Translations under genes and position numbers: made by a program
Shown: positions 37,741-47,368 of the stretch, piece by piece
Numbering within the stretch: position 1 is the stretch's first letter
How the letters are laid out: each line of letters opens with the position of its first letter
The notes under the pieces: generated by a model
Seen by the model: only the letters and a program-made list of their open reading frames with translations
Database searches by the model: none
Told to the model about the DNA's origin: nothing
Source: a virus
Lineage: Duplodnaviria; Caudoviricetes
DNA length: 64,000 nt
Strand: one strand, 5' to 3'
Virus record (IMG/VR): IMGVR_UViG_2675903153_000001
Location: 3,467 to 67,466 of that record

Positions 37741-38597
37741 CCGCCGAGATCACCACGTGGATCGACGCGTCCGGGTCGGCGACCGTTCTGGACGTCGACT
37801 TGGACGCGTCGGGCCGCTTCATGCCGGAGCCGGCGTTCATCTCGAACGCTGTTCCCGGTGCACCTGGCGAACGGCTCCGGTCCGCGCGTCACTCGGTCCA
37901 CGACTTCACGATCCGCGTCGTCATCAGCGGCGCGAACGAACCAGCCGTCCGGGCATCGTTGCGGGCGCTCATGACGGCGATGGACCCCACCCGCGGGGAC
38001 GGAATCATCCGGGTTCAGTCCCCGCTCGGCGACACACGCGAAATCGTGTGCCGGTACGTCGGCGGCCTGGGCCTGGACGAGAAGGTCGGTAACACCGGCC
38101 CGCAAGTCCAGTTCGCCGACGTCAAGTTCCGGGCCTTCGATCCTTTCTGGCGGGACCCCAGCGATGTCGTGACGGCCCCGTACGTCGTGGGCGTCACGCC
38201 GACGTTTTTCCCGTTCTTCCCGATCCGGCTCACCGCCTCGGAAATCGCGGTCGACACGTCGATCACCAACGGCGGCGACACCGAGGCGTGGCCGGTCTGG
38301 CAGATCACCGGACCGGGATCGTCCATCGTGCTCCGCAACCTGACCACCGGCAAGTTGCTTCAGTTCACGTCCCTAGTACTCGGGGCCAGCGAATTCGTCA
38401 CGATCGACACGCGACCCGAGGCAGTGACGCAGGTGGTCAAGTCCGACGGAACGCAGATCTTCTACGACCTCACGGCAACATCGTCGTTGTGGTCGCTAGC
38501 CGTTGGCCTCAACGCGATCCGCTTGGAGATGGCGACCGCGGCCGCCGGCTCATCGTCGCTTGTCCTGAGCTACCGACAGAAATACGTGTCGCCATGA
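37737..38597 (+). CDS. Distal tail protein (Dit)
   Basis: FRAFDPFW, ITNGGDTEAWPVWQITGP; after TMP. Confidence 0.8.
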   Translation: MTAEITTWIDASGSATVLDVDLDASGRFMPEPAFISNAVPGAPGERLRSARHSVHDFTIRVVISGANEPAVRASLRALMTAMDPTRGDGIIRVQSPLGDTREIVCRYVGGLGLDEKVGNTGPQVQFADVKFRAFDPFWRDPSDVVTAPYVVGVTPTFFPFFPIRLTASEIAVDTSITNGGDTEAWPVWQITGPGSSIVLRNLTTGKLLQFTSLVLGASEFVTIDTRPEAVTQVVKSDGTQIFYDLTATSSLWSLAVGLNAIRLEMATAAAGSSSLVLSYRQKYVSP

Positions 38598-39754
38598 CCT
38601 TCGAGTGGCGCCTATACGTCCGGGACGCGAATTATCAACGGCAAGGTGAGATCCGCGACTACACGTCGGCCACGCTTTCGCCCGTCTACAACGACGTGGG
38701 GACTTGGTCGATCACCCTCGACCGCAACTCGCCGATGGCTCCGTATCTGACAACGCCGGGGTGGGGAATCATCGCCACCCGCAACGACGTTGCGTTGTTT
38801 ACCGGTATCACGACGAACATCCGCCACGTCGTAGGTGCGACCGACAACCACATGGAGATCTCGGGTTCGACAGACGAGATCTGGCTACAGAGTCGACTAG
38901 TGTCGCCGTCGCCGGGGGAATCGTCGGCCCCGTACACCGTGCAAGCCGTCGACGTCCGGACCGGCCCGGCGTCAACGGTTCTGATCGGCTACGTCAACGC
39001 GAACCTAGGCCCCGGCGCTGTCACGACCCGCCGCAAGGCTGGCTTCACTGTCGGCGCGGACCCGGTGATCGGGGCGAGCGTGCGCGGCGAAGGCCGTTGG
39101 GACGCCGACCTTCTCACGTTCATCCAACCAATGGCGCAGACCGCGAACGTCGGGTTCCGTGTCGTCCAGGTCGGTGCCGGCCTTCAGTTTCAGGTGTTCG
39201 CGCCCACGGATCGATCGAGCACCGTCAAATTCTCGGTGGCCCTGGGCAATCTGTCGGCCTTTGAGTACAGCAGCAGTCGGCCCCGAGCGAACTATGTGTT
39301 CGTCGGCGCGAGCGGCACCGGCACTGCTCGCATCATCAAGGAATTCGCCGACGGACCCGCGATCGCGACGTGGGAACGGATCGAAGGACCACTAGCCAAC
39401 CAGGGGACCACGTCGGACAGCACGGCCATCGCGCAAGCGGGGGCGGATGCGTTGGCGCAGAACAGCGAACAGGCATCGCTCACGATCACACCGCTTGAAA
39501 AGCCGAACCTGATGTACGGGGTCCACTACGCGCTCGGCGACATCGTGACCGTGCAGCTGGAAGGGCCGGCGCAGACGCCGTACACCGAGTCCGGCCAAAT
39601 CGTCGACCTGCTGCGTCAGGTGACGATCACGTTGTCGAAAGACGAACAGACCATCACGCCGACGATCGGCACGCCGGCCAAGGGCACGATTCCCCGCCTC
39701 ATACGCGCGTTCCAGCAACAGGCACGGCGAATCAACAACTTGGAGAGGACGTGA
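38594..39754 (+). CDS. Tail hub/Tal-like protein (ReqiPepy6 Gp37-like)
   Basis: YNDVGTWSITL, YGVHYALGDIVTV, ITPTIG. Confidence 0.75.
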   Translation: MTFEWRLYVRDANYQRQGEIRDYTSATLSPVYNDVGTWSITLDRNSPMAPYLTTPGWGIIATRNDVALFTGITTNIRHVVGATDNHMEISGSTDEIWLQSRLVSPSPGESSAPYTVQAVDVRTGPASTVLIGYVNANLGPGAVTTRRKAGFTVGADPVIGASVRGEGRWDADLLTFIQPMAQTANVGFRVVQVGAGLQFQVFAPTDRSSTVKFSVALGNLSAFEYSSSRPRANYVFVGASGTGTARIIKEFADGPAIATWERIEGPLANQGTTSDSTAIAQAGADALAQNSEQASLTITPLEKPNLMYGVHYALGDIVTVQLEGPAQTPYTESGQIVDLLRQVTITLSKDEQTITPTIGTPAKGTIPRLIRAFQQQARRINNLERT

Positions 39755-39763
39755 GCGGGGCCC

Positions 39764-40675
39764 ATGGCAACGACGCTTGACACCTACATGCCGTACGACA
39801 GCGGCCCCGGCTCCAACGTGACCGAAGACGGCTGGCGCCAGTTCGCCCGACACTTCCGCGGCGACGGCGTGATCCGCAACGTGGGCAGCGAGTTCCGTCC
39901 CCTCGGCGACTCGACCGGAATGCAAGTCAAGGTGCCGGCGGGTGAGTGTTGGATTCGCGGGCAATGGGGGTCCAGCACCGCCACGAAGACTCTGCCCATT
40001 GCTGCGGCGCACGCGACCCTGCAGCGGCTCGACCGGGTCATTCTCCGCAACGACTTTCTCAACAACCGCATCGAGCTGGACGTCCTCACCGGCACGCCGG
40101 GAAGCAGCAGCTACCCGAGCGTGACCCAAAGTACGGCGATGTGGGAGATCCAGCTCGGACAGGTGACGGTGCCGGCCGCCGCGGTCACCATCACATCGGG
40201 CAACGTCCGCGCGATCCCGGAGTACACCGACGGCTCGTGCTCGTACACAGTGGACGCCGGATTCCAAACCGTCGCGAGCGGCACAACTGGCGCCCGCATC
40301 GACTTCGACGTGGAACAATTCCCGAGCAGCGTGGTCGGGCGGCCGAGCATCCGTGAGTGGCAGCTCAACCGCGCGGGAATGTGGCTGATCGTCTTTAACC
40401 TGTACTGGGACAACCCCAACGGAACCGGAAGTCGCCGGGCGTGGATTCAACGTCAGAACGGCGGCAGCCCCAACCCCGTGAAGCTGGCCTGGGACACGCG
40501 GGTGCCTGTGACGGATATTGGTCCGGCGCACAACATCTCAGCACTTGAACGGTTCTCCTCCGGCGAGATCGTCGAGATGTGGGGCGCACAGAACTCGGGC
40601 GTGAGCATCAACGTCCTCGGCACGTCGACGTTCAACGAAGGGACGCGCGTGCAGCTGTATTGGCTCGGACCGTGA
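39764..40675 (+). CDS. Minor tail protein
   Basis: MQVKVPAGECWIRG, RLDRVILR, WEIQLGQVTV. Confidence 0.7.
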   Translation: MATTLDTYMPYDSGPGSNVTEDGWRQFARHFRGDGVIRNVGSEFRPLGDSTGMQVKVPAGECWIRGQWGSSTATKTLPIAAAHATLQRLDRVILRNDFLNNRIELDVLTGTPGSSSYPSVTQSTAMWEIQLGQVTVPAAAVTITSGNVRAIPEYTDGSCSYTVDAGFQTVASGTTGARIDFDVEQFPSSVVGRPSIREWQLNRAGMWLIVFNLYWDNPNGTGSRRAWIQRQNGGSPNPVKLAWDTRVPVTDIGPAHNISALERFSSGEIVEMWGAQNSGVSINVLGTSTFNEGTRVQLYWLGP

Positions 40676-40681
40676 TCCGGC

Positions 40682-41080
40682 GTGTTCGGCTACGCGGCCG
40701 ATGATCCCGGTGCCGGCCTCGCCGATGTCACGACGTGGGTCAACTTCGGCGTCTTGGGCTTGGTGGTCCTTTCGCTGTTGACGGGGTGGCTATGGGCGAA
40801 GCCGTCCGTTGACAAGTTGCAAGCCGAAAAGGACCGAGCGGTCAAGGAACGCGAACACGCGGACGCCCAGAGAGACGCCATGGCAACGGTTTTGCAAGAG
40901 AAGCTGTTGCCAGTCGTGGGCGATTTCATAGCCACGACGCGCGCCCTGATGCCCGTGCTGCAGCAGTTGCAGCAACTTCAAGCGATGATCCCGATTCTTC
41001 AGGAACTCATCCGTGCCAACGATGTAGGTGATACGCGTGGCACCCGACCGCCCCCGCGGGAACGGAAGCGCAAGACGTGA
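40682..41080 (+). CDS. Membrane protein with coiled coil (holin-like lysis-module gene)
   Basis: WVNFGVLGLVVLSLLTGWLW TM; upstream of endolysin. Confidence 0.55.
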   Translation: MFGYAADDPGAGLADVTTWVNFGVLGLVVLSLLTGWLWAKPSVDKLQAEKDRAVKEREHADAQRDAMATVLQEKLLPVVGDFIATTRALMPVLQQLQQLQAMIPILQELIRANDVGDTRGTRPPPRERKRKT

Positions 41081-41210
41081 CTACGAACCCGAGGAAGTCG
41101 ACGCGCTGACACAACGCGCCTCGGAGTTGCTTGACCAGCTCCACGAGGTGATGGCGGAGATGTCCGCACGTCTGCGGACATTCCTGGGAGAAGAGGACAA
41201 CTCCCCATGA
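41028..41210 (+). CDS. Small helical protein, paralog A
   Basis: EEVDALTQRASELLDQLHEVMAEMSARLR. Confidence 0.5.
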   Translation: MIRVAPDRPRGNGSARRDYEPEEVDALTQRASELLDQLHEVMAEMSARLRTFLGEEDNSP

Positions 41211-41386
41211 GCCGATGGCCTTTCCGGCGCCGACCGCGAGACGCACACCAGCCGCGAACGGCGACCCAGGACACAGAGGTGGCCCGATTGACCGCAAAGG
41301 CGGACCTCATCATGGACGAACTCGAATCGGTCGTCGGCCAGATGGCGGACATGCTCCGGGAAGCACACGGGGGCAATGATGACTGA
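41207..41386 (+). CDS. Small helical protein, paralog B (not in track)
   Basis: ATGA coupling; TEVARLTAKADLIMDELESVVGQMADMLR. Confidence 0.55.
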   Translation: MSRWPFRRRPRDAHQPRTATQDTEVARLTAKADLIMDELESVVGQMADMLREAHGGNDD

Positions 41387-41813
41387 ACCGTGTAGCGACG
41401 ACGACCGCGTCCGCGTGTTCGCGGCGGCCGAACGTCTACAGGACTCGATGACGGATCTCGGCGCCGAACTGGCGACTCTCCGCGCGTACGGCCAACACAA
41501 CCGCCGGTATATCTGGGGGTTGTTCGTGTCGTTGGCGCTCGACGTCGCGCTGTCCATTGTGGTCGCCGTGGTCGCCGTCCAGGCGAACGAGGCGTCGTCG
41601 CTGGCGAACCAGAACCGGCAGGCCCAGCGCACTACCTGCGAGGCGGGGAACCAGGCGCGCGCCGTCTCGGTCCAGCTGTGGAACTACGTCTTGGACGCCA
41701 CGAAGGACGACCCGCGGAATCAGACACCGGAACGTAAGGCGTTGATTGCGAAGTTCCGGACATACATGGAATCCGCTTACGCGCAGCGGGATTGCGCCGC
41801 TGCGGACAAGTAG
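41376..41813 (+). CDS. Lysis-module membrane protein
   Basis: One TM; CEAGN..R and C-terminal RDC cysteines. Confidence 0.65.
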   Translation: MMTEPCSDDDRVRVFAAAERLQDSMTDLGAELATLRAYGQHNRRYIWGLFVSLALDVALSIVVAVVAVQANEASSLANQNRQAQRTTCEAGNQARAVSVQLWNYVLDATKDDPRNQTPERKALIAKFRTYMESAYAQRDCAAADK

Positions 41814-41878
41814 AGGCGGCCGGCCATGAGGTCAACCGGACACCGCGGCTTCATCCGAGACGGGAAGTGGGTGCCGGC

Positions 41879-42832
41879 ATGACGCAGTTCGCCGACTACT
41901 CGGCCGGTCGGCCCTCGGGTGCGGCGCTCAAGGCCGCCGGCTTCACGGGCGTCGTGCGGTACGTCGGGCTCGGCAGCGCCGGGAAGCGGCTCACTGCGGC
42001 TGAGTACCGCGACCTGGTCGCCGCCGGGGTTCAGGTACTCCTAGTCGCCGAACTCGGCGTAGGCGACTCCTGGGGCACCGCGACGGACGACGACTACGCG
42101 CGGGGCAAGGCCAACGCCGCGGCCGCGCTCAACGATGCCCACGCTTGCGGCATACCGGACCGCGACATCGTGATCTTTGCCGCCTCGGACGCCCAGCCGT
42201 CCGCGACCTGGCATGTCACCGACACCGTCAAATACGTCAGAGGGTTCCGCGACGTGCTCGGTCTCAGCCGAACCGGCCACTACGGGTTCGCCGCGACCAA
42301 CCAAGCCGTCCACGCCGCCGGCGTGGCGTCGTTCTACTGGCGGTGCGGGGCGGAGCCCTCGGCGGCCGACAAGGGGTGGGTTCACCTCTGGCAACGCAAC
42401 CGCAACCCGACGACGCGGGTGGTGGCGGGCGTGCCCTGCGACATCAATGACGTGTACCGGCCGATCTCGCCGGTCGCGCCATCCCCAGTTCCCACGCCAG
42501 CCGTTGAGGAGGACGACGCCATGGACCCGATCCAGCTCCCGGTGTCCGAGAGCACGACGTACCGGACGATCCCGTGGAACGGTCGCGCCGCCGTGCTCAA
42601 CTTGATCACCACGAACACGGATCTTTTCGTGGCGCGGCCGGGGAACTGGGGGCCCGGCGGCGGCACGGGCGGCGGTGACCCGACCAACCCGAACCTCCCG
42701 CGCGCGGGTGACGGGTGGCGGATCACCGCCAACCTCCCGGGTGCTTTCACCGTCCCCGGCGGGACCACCCGGATTTTCCTTGCCTACTCATGCGCGAGCC
42801 TCGCCTACGCGTGGCCCGTCGCTACGGCCTAA
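41879..42832 (+). CDS. Endolysin, GH25-like (DUF1906/Rv2525c type) with Pro linker and C-terminal domain
   Basis: DYSAGRPS.AALKAAGF.GVVRY, IFAASD, GHYG, CDIND. Confidence 0.8.
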   Translation: MTQFADYSAGRPSGAALKAAGFTGVVRYVGLGSAGKRLTAAEYRDLVAAGVQVLLVAELGVGDSWGTATDDDYARGKANAAAALNDAHACGIPDRDIVIFAASDAQPSATWHVTDTVKYVRGFRDVLGLSRTGHYGFAATNQAVHAAGVASFYWRCGAEPSAADKGWVHLWQRNRNPTTRVVAGVPCDINDVYRPISPVAPSPVPTPAVEEDDAMDPIQLPVSESTTYRTIPWNGRAAVLNLITTNTDLFVARPGNWGPGGGTGGGDPTNPNLPRAGDGWRITANLPGAFTVPGGTTRIFLAYSCASLAYAWPVATA

Positions 42833-42833
42833 T

Positions 42834-42965
42834 TTACATGCACGTGCACTCTGGCACGGGCTTCTTACACTCCGAGCATTTGATGTCAGGCAATTCTTCG
42901 CCGTAGTCGGCGAAAAAATCGTCTTTCTGCTGTTGCGTGTAGTTTCCGTATTCGTCTGCTGGCAT
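42834..42965 (-). CDS. 43-aa acidic Cys-rich protein (not in track), low GC
   Basis: MPADEYGNYTQQQKDDFFADYGEELPDIKCSECKKPVPECTCM. Confidence 0.55.
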   Translation of the reverse strand: MPADEYGNYTQQQKDDFFADYGEELPDIKCSECKKPVPECTCM

Positions 42966-43006
42966 GGCTAGAAAACGTCCGTTCCTGGTGGTGGACTGCG
43001 GGTGGT

Positions 43007-43888
43007 TCAGATCTTGGTTTCGTCGACCTCAACCACGGCGGGACGATGGTCTGTGCACTGGCCGACGACGTCGGTCCCCACCACCCGGTAGCTGGTCACG
43101 GCGGCCTCGGGAAAGTTGTAAGTCACGTAAACCCGGTCAATCCGGCGCGGCTCGTTGGTGTCGGTGTGGTGGTGCCCGGTGGTGGCCTCCCAATCCGCGC
43201 CGACCAGCTGGGCGCAGTCACGGAACCGGCCGTACCGTTCGAGCCGGATCGCGCCGTGCCGGTCGACCTCGCCGTTGAGGTCGTAGTGCAAGGCGTGGGA
43301 GACGTCCCACGGCTTCCCCTTGTACGGGTCTTTGTCGTAGGTCTCGTCCGAGCCGATGCCCTGCCAGTCGCCGCCGACGATGCCGGGGATGCCGTCGTTC
43401 CGATTGAATGCCCGCATGACAACGCCGGCGTCGCGCCAGCCGCCGGACAGGCCGGGGTCGAAGTGGCTGAAATGCGCCGACCCGACCCGCAGTGGCCGGC
43501 CGCCCACGTCGAACAGCACGACGGCCATCCCATGCGAATTGCCGTAGACGTCGCTGTCATACGGGGAGAAGCGGCGCGGAACCACGTCGATCCCGTGCCG
43601 CCACAGGACACCCGTGTGGTGTCGGGTCTGACTGATTGACGCCGTAGCCCGTTCGTCGGCGCTGCACGTCAGGCCGAGGGCGTCGGCCAGGTCGATGAGC
43701 GCGTCTTCGGCGGCCCGGAGGCGAGTCAGGGCGTCGCCACCGTTGTCGGGCCCGGAAATGAGTTCCTGGACGACGAGAATATCGGGCTTCTGACTGGCCA
43801 GCATGGAGACCAATTGCGCGTACCGGGCGTATTGCTCCGGGTCTTTGCCGTCGTAATTCATCAAGTTTGCCGTGACGAAGTTGATCAC
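43007..43888 (-). CDS. Endonuclease/exonuclease/phosphatase (EEP) family protein 1
   Basis: FVTANL, PDILVVQE, SAHFS, GGDWQ, RRIDRVY, TDHRPA. Confidence 0.85.
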   Translation of the reverse strand: MINFVTANLMNYDGKDPEQYARYAQLVSMLASQKPDILVVQELISGPDNGGDALTRLRAAEDALIDLADALGLTCSADERATASISQTRHHTGVLWRHGIDVVPRRFSPYDSDVYGNSHGMAVVLFDVGGRPLRVGSAHFSHFDPGLSGGWRDAGVVMRAFNRNDGIPGIVGGDWQGIGSDETYDKDPYKGKPWDVSHALHYDLNGEVDRHGAIRLERYGRFRDCAQLVGADWEATTGHHHTDTNEPRRIDRVYVTYNFPEAAVTSYRVVGTDVVGQCTDHRPAVVEVDETKI

Positions 43889-44832
43889 GGTCGAGTCCCC
43901 TCGGCGGTACGGGTGGCGCCTCCGGTCGGCGCGAATTCGAGCCAGCACGACACCATCCGGTGATCCGACAGCTCTTTGTCCCCCGGCTTCGGCACGTGGA
44001 CCTTGTACGAACCCGGTACGAGACGGGCGGGCGTGCGGTCGCTGACCATGATGCGGTCGATCCTCATCCCCGAACCGCCATCGACCCACGGGTTGACGGT
44101 GACGGTGAAGTCGCCGGCTCGCTCGCCAGCGTCCCACCATCCGTGCTCGAGAAAGCTATCGATGGCGTCGGTGTTGACCTTCCACACTCCGTTCGGCCCA
44201 CGGACGCCCTTCTGGCTGCGCTTCTGCGACTGCCCCTGATCGTCGCATCGCTGCCCCCAGTCCGCTGGGACGATTTCCTTCGGGTGTCCGCTGGTGGCAT
44301 TGAAGTCACCGCCAATGACGGCCGAGTGCTGCGCCATCTGTCCGTCCTGGCTGGCCTGCTGGTCGAATACCGTCGCCCCGCCGGAGCCATTCCAGTGCAC
44401 GGACTTGAGCTGGATGTCATGCCCGTTGATCCGCGCCGTCAGCGAGTTGGCCAGACTGCGCCGCTGCGTCTCGCCGTACCAACGCAAAGGGCGAACATAG
44501 CGGGGATCGATGAACAGGCCGGGCACGTTCACCGAGCCGTGGACTTCCGAGATGAACGCCTCATAGTTCGTCTTCGGGAGGGTGTTGCCGGCCTCGTCCT
44601 CGTCGTACCCCCACAGGGACGCAAGGGTTTCCTTGACGTCGAACAGTGGAGCGGACTGGATCATCGGATCGGTGTAGTACGTGCATTCCGACAGGAACAG
44701 GATGTGCGGGGGGCTGTCCAATGCGGACAACATGGCGAAGAGCTTCCCGTGGTCGTGCTGACGCGTGTCGCGGTCGTACCCGCCACGCTTGAGATTCAGC
44801 GCGACAACGTGAAGTTTCAAGGGGTTGAACAA
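43885..44832 (-). CDS. EEP family protein 2
   Basis: VVALNL, PHILFLSE, SVHW, GGDFNA, RIDRIM, SDHRMV. Confidence 0.85.
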   Translation of the reverse strand: MFNPLKLHVVALNLKRGGYDRDTRQHDHGKLFAMLSALDSPPHILFLSECTYYTDPMIQSAPLFDVKETLASLWGYDEDEAGNTLPKTNYEAFISEVHGSVNVPGLFIDPRYVRPLRWYGETQRRSLANSLTARINGHDIQLKSVHWNGSGGATVFDQQASQDGQMAQHSAVIGGDFNATSGHPKEIVPADWGQRCDDQGQSQKRSQKGVRGPNGVWKVNTDAIDSFLEHGWWDAGERAGDFTVTVNPWVDGGSGMRIDRIMVSDRTPARLVPGSYKVHVPKPGDKELSDHRMVSCWLEFAPTGGATRTAEGTRP

Positions 44833-44905
44833 GATCTACCCTTTCGTTCGGGCCCGCTCGGCGGGCTGTCATGGAGGGGGTTGGGCCGGTGGTCGGTGGC
44901 CCGTG

Positions 44906-45034
44906 CTAGTGGTCTAGCGTGCGCATCCACAGGTTGTTGGCCTCTTCGCGGGTCAGACCCCCGCCCTGTTCGGTCGTTGTCTCCGGTTCTTCGGCGCCGC
45001 CTTCGGGGGCACCTTCGGTCGGGGACTCGGTCAT
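44906..45034 (-). CDS. 42-aa acidic peptide
   Basis: GAAAGG RBS; MTESPTEGAPEGGAEEPETTTEQGGGLTREEANNLWMRTLDH. Confidence 0.5.
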   Translation of the reverse strand: MTESPTEGAPEGGAEEPETTTEQGGGLTREEANNLWMRTLDH

Positions 45035-45137
45035 TCGATTACCTTTCTCTTTCGGCGACATTAAGCAACGGCGGGACGGTTTTCGTCTTATCCAGTTGCT
45101 CCGCCACCACTCGCACGATGAATGGCTCACGTGTCGT

Positions 45138-45584
45138 TCAGATCTCGTTGGGTACGACGGTGAAGAAAGATTTGATCAGCGCGGCGTCCCATCCGAGGAA
45201 GTCGCGCGCCTCGAACCATGTGGCAGTAGCGTCGACCCACATGCGATATTCGTTGCGGTTGAGCGAGGTTCGCGCGTCGTCGCCCAGGTTTTCGGTGATG
45301 TAGGCGTCGAACGATAGGCGGCCGTCAGCGGCATCTCTTACTTTCAGGGCGATTTCGTCGTCCCAGTCTGGGGCGGTAGCGTCGGGCTTCGTGGTGGTGA
45401 TCCAAGCCCAGTCGTACATTTTTCCTGCGGCGTCGCGCCGTTCGATCCGTGCCGCCCACAGTCGTCTCGGCCCATGCGGGTATTCGTATACACCCATGTC
45501 CCAGGCGTTGTACCGGATGTTGTGCTTTTCGATAAAGTCGAGGCCGAAAAAGTAGTCGTCGTCTTCGACGGGTTCGGGTGCCAC
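45138..45584 (-). CDS. Hypothetical protein (aromatic/acidic-rich, lower GC)
   Basis: AAGGGG RBS; no motif recognised. Confidence 0.65.
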   Translation of the reverse strand: MAPEPVEDDDYFFGLDFIEKHNIRYNAWDMGVYEYPHGPRRLWAARIERRDAAGKMYDWAWITTTKPDATAPDWDDEIALKVRDAADGRLSFDAYITENLGDDARTSLNRNEYRMWVDATATWFEARDFLGWDAALIKSFFTVVPNEI

Positions 45585-45588
45585 GGAA

Positions 45589-46095
45589 TTACCCCTTCTG
45601 GCGTTTTATGGTAGGCCCTATGTAGGTCCGGGTCGTGGTCACGAACTGGACGCCGTCGCCGACGAACCCGGTGAGGCCGCGCCGAGTGGTCGCCAGGATG
45701 ACGCTCCCCGGGTGGCCGGCGGTGAGTGCGCGGACTTGCGCGGCCGCGTCAGCATTTCCGATGACAATCAACACTCTTCGGCTCGCGGCCCGCTGGTGGT
45801 ACTTCGTGATGCGGGCGGGCAGGGACTTCGGCACTCGCCATCGCCAAACGCCAAGTCGGCGGAGCATCACTCGGGACACTTCGGCTAGATCGACACAGCC
45901 GTTGCGCCGGAATTCAGACAGGTCGACGGTGTACATGTCGCGCGGGAAGTCGTGGCGCCGGCGGTATGCCCAGCAGGCGGCCGCCCAGCTGGTGAACCGA
46001 GCGTCGCCCTCGATCACGACGACGGCGACGGGGCCGTTCGCGTGTGACCGCTTCACCGCGGCTTCGATGGCGGCAAATGCGTCGTCCGGCGTCAT
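45589..46095 (-). CDS. Stand-alone degenerate NB-ARC (STAND NTPase) domain
   Basis: Collinear with AfsR-type NB-ARC cores: VVVIEG..., WAYR...FP...VDL, LRRLGV, RRVLIVIGNA..AAQVRAL..G.PGS.ILATTRR.L. Confidence 0.75.
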   Translation of the reverse strand: MTPDDAFAAIEAAVKRSHANGPVAVVVIEGDARFTSWAAACWAYRRRHDFPRDMYTVDLSEFRRNGCVDLAEVSRVMLRRLGVWRWRVPKSLPARITKYHQRAASRRVLIVIGNADAAAQVRALTAGHPGSVILATTRRGLTGFVGDGVQFVTTTRTYIGPTIKRQKG

Positions 46096-46610
46096 CGGAG
46101 CCCTCGCCGTTCGTAGAGCCCGGTTCTCGGGTTGTAGACGGTCCCTTCCGGTTGCTCCCATGTCTGCCCGGCAGAGTCGCAGTGCACGATCCCCCAGCAC
46201 GGATTCAGGGCGCACAGGCCGTTCCAGCACGGACTGTGCAGGCGCGGCGCTGGCGGGTCCCACGGCTTGTAATGCCGGATCTGCGCCTGTCGGTCGCAAG
46301 CGGTATGGAGAGCCCAGAATTCCCGAGCGCGGTTGCCGGTCCAGAAGTCCCGTGCGCGAACCTTGCCGTCGTCACCCCAATGGAGCACGCGGAACGGCAA
46401 GACGCCGACGTCGTCTCGGTCGAACCATCGGGGTTTCGGCTCCACGAAGCCCGGGGCCGGCTGGCCGTCGTGGTCGTCTTCCCAGTCCGCGTACGCGATG
46501 TCGCGTTCGAAGCGGTTTCGTTCACGATGGTCCATGAACGGGTTTCTGAGCTGGGCCTCATCGTAGGCCCGTCGAGCCGCGACGCCGCGCGGCCCGGCAT
46601 GTTCGGGCAT
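46092..46610 (-). CDS. Hypothetical protein
   Basis: GAAAGG RBS; ATGA coupling to NB-ARC gene. Confidence 0.55.
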   Translation of the reverse strand: MPEHAGPRGVAARRAYDEAQLRNPFMDHRERNRFERDIAYADWEDDHDGQPAPGFVEPKPRWFDRDDVGVLPFRVLHWGDDGKVRARDFWTGNRAREFWALHTACDRQAQIRHYKPWDPPAPRLHSPCWNGLCALNPCWGIVHCDSAGQTWEQPEGTVYNPRTGLYERRGLR

Positions 46611-46694
46611 GAGCCTTTCCGTCCCCTCCGATGCCGCAACAGCCCGCACACAGGCGGGCTGTCCGACAAGGTCCCTCTTACCTCGGGCAGCCTC

Positions 46695-47021
46695 TTAGGC
46701 CCCCGCGCTCCCGGACTCGTCCCCGGGATGCGCGGGGGCCATTTCTCTGTGTCTAGGCGCCGGGATCGTCATACCGCCGAGGCACAGCACGGCACCGCCC
46801 CCGACAATCAGGCCGGCAGCGGCCTGCCAGTCGGTGACGACCTGGCCGCATTCATGTGCACCAGTGGCCGGACCAACCCCGGGAGCGCTCGGGCTGATTG
46901 CGGTTCCACAGTGGACGGCCTTCCCCATGGCGCTCTCGGCGCGGAGTGGGACGAAGACCATCAGGACGCCGCCGAAGATGCCGACGAATCCGACGGCAAG
47001 GGCGGCGCGGCGCAGGTTCAC
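46695..47021 (-). CDS. Two-TM membrane protein with Cys pair in loop
   Basis: TM-CG...C-TM; GAAGAGGG RBS. Confidence 0.6.
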   Translation of the reverse strand: MNLRRAALAVGFVGIFGGVLMVFVPLRAESAMGKAVHCGTAISPSAPGVGPATGAHECGQVVTDWQAAAGLIVGGGAVLCLGGMTIPAPRHREMAPAHPGDESGSAGA

Positions 47022-47353
47022 TCGGTATCCCTCTTCGTCACCGTGTAGCCGAGTCTCGCCGCGAGCATGAGCAGCAATTCGTGCGCGCCAGGAATCTCGG
47101 CGTTCATGAGTTGGGCGGCCCACGCGTCACACTCGGGCGACGTGTGCGTAGCGGTCCCGCACGCGCAGTTGGTTTGTTGGGGCGCTTCGTAAATCACGAC
47201 AAGGGGTTCGGCGTCGGGGCCGTCGCCCGCGGCGGCCGTGAGGTCGCACAGTTCCCAGCCCTGCCCATCGGGGGCGGCGTGGAGGTCGACGCGAACTGAC
47301 TGTTCGACGTGGTGGTATCCGGCGGCCTCGCCGTGACAGAGGATCGTCGACAA
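47018..47353 (-). CDS. Hypothetical protein
   Basis: Coupled to next gene; CACG...C. Confidence 0.5.
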   Translation of the reverse strand: MSTILCHGEAAGYHHVEQSVRVDLHAAPDGQGWELCDLTAAAGDGPDAEPLVVIYEAPQQTNCACGTATHTSPECDAWAAQLMNAEIPGAHELLLMLAARLGYTVTKRDTE

Positions 47354-47368
47354 TGTACTTCATTCCTT

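Noticed and set aside
33847-40675. Diversity-generating retroelement or invertible tail locus
   Set aside because: No reverse transcriptase, no TR/VR duplicate and no invertase seen
44906-45034. RiPP (lasso/lanthipeptide) precursor
   Set aside because: No cyclase, peptidase or other maturation enzyme nearby
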